Assembly (NCBI RefSeq): GCF_018977255.1
Contig: NW_024704742.1
Span: 44,642,001 to 44,706,000, forward strand
Source: Callorhinchus milii
Lineage: Eukaryota
Length of the DNA stretch: 64,000 nt
Direction of reading: 5' to 3'
Positions 62,946 to 64,000 of the stretch are shown here, in pieces. Position numbers and translations under genes: made by a program. Each line of letters begins with the position of its first letter. Positions within the stretch are counted from its first letter, which is position 1. The notes beneath the pieces are model-generated. The model ran no database searches and was not told where the DNA came from. It worked only from the letters and a program-made list of their open reading frames with translations.

Positions 62946-64000
62946 AATTCTTGTATGGAACATAAAGATCCAAATAACAGAATCTGTATATACTCCATAC
63001 AATAATAAAGAGCTGGTAATGACTTCAAGGCTGCAATTCCCTCTTGTTCATAACCCATCTCTAATTCTGCTTTGGAGGACAGAATTGGAATCATTCAGTT
63101 GAATTATAGTCCAGTAATTTGCCTCCAGTAATCTATTCTGTATTTACTTTATGGGAGAGAATGATAATTGCACTGCCTAACCAAGTGATAATTCACACAA
63201 ACAAAACATAAAGGCAATTGGAAAAGAACAGCTGATGTAATGCAGAAAACTGCAGAAATATTTTTCATCTCATTTCCTCTTGTTTCCTGTGGATTATACT
63301 TCTCCATTGCTTCACTTTTTACTGCCTTGCTTTATTTGCTTTCCATCCATCTTATCATATTTTTTAAAATATGCTTCGATTTTCATTATGTTCACTCTTA
63401 TGTTAAAAACATTTCTCAGTTTTGTGCTTATTAATGTTTGTATTTTCCAGGATTAAATTTAATTATAGATAGTTGAAATTAATACTTGTGTGGGGTGAAC
63501 AGAGGGACTATACGATTTAGCAATAAATATGCTACAGACAAAATTATTATCAATATTCAGGGACAGAAAATATCACATTGTGACTGGCATGCAAAATACT
63601 AAACTGCTAAAATGCTATTACCTTTTGCAAAATTCCTGCACCTATTTGTAAAGGCTGAGTTGTGAATTATTACTTTTTAAATTAGTTTCAGGAAACCATA
63701 AACTGTAATATTAAACAGCTAATACAGCACTTTCATAATATTCAGATGTGCATTACAATAGTGCAGGTACTACATATATTTAAGCTAATTATATGAGTAT
63801 AAATAACATTAACTCCATTAATTAATGAATTAAAGCATTAATGCCAATAATAAATAGCATTAATGAATAGAATAGATTGTCAGTGTTGGTTAGATGATAG
63901 CAGATGTGACTCATAAAAGCATCTGTGACCCCTGCGAGGTTGGATTTGTCACTTTGGGTTAATTGAAAGTAATAAATTATTCAAGAAATAATTGGCAAAT

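Noticed and set aside
1..64000. CRISPR array, prokaryotic operon, rRNA
   Set aside because: No regularly spaced repeat-spacer structure, no dense long ORFs and no rRNA motifs; the sequence is vertebrate repeat-rich DNA.

Overview
AT-rich vertebrate genomic DNA, most likely from a cartilaginous fish. The L2 and CR1 LINEs, Deu/CORE-domain SINEs and Penelope remnant resemble the elephant shark/chimaera repeat landscape; this is an inference from memory, not a search result. No host protein-coding gene can be identified with confidence, so the window reads as intronic or intergenic. Every long ORF I could assign is a decayed retroelement ORF (L2 endonuclease/RT, CR1 RT, Penelope GIY-YIG) or its antisense shadow. 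The main signal is an L2 LINE/SINE ecosystem: (1) a three-tier nested L2 with both target-site duplications readable; (2) repeated insertion into the same TATA-containing spot of SINEs; (3) a covarying 3' stem-loop shared by LINEs and SINEs; (4) two young L2 copies sharing a C-terminal frameshift; (5) a tRNA-Ala + CORE + Deu chimeric SINE whose youngest form lost half of CORE. Other items are a Penelope fragment with an inverted, degenerate hammerhead ribozyme, a probable tyrosine-recombinase (DIRS/Ngaro-like) fossil, a tRNA-Glu(CTC) pseudogene, a near-consensus CTCF site and weak candidate minus-strand exons. I found no convincing wholly new system. Boundaries of old repeats are approximate (about 10-30 nt), and all alignments were made by eye.
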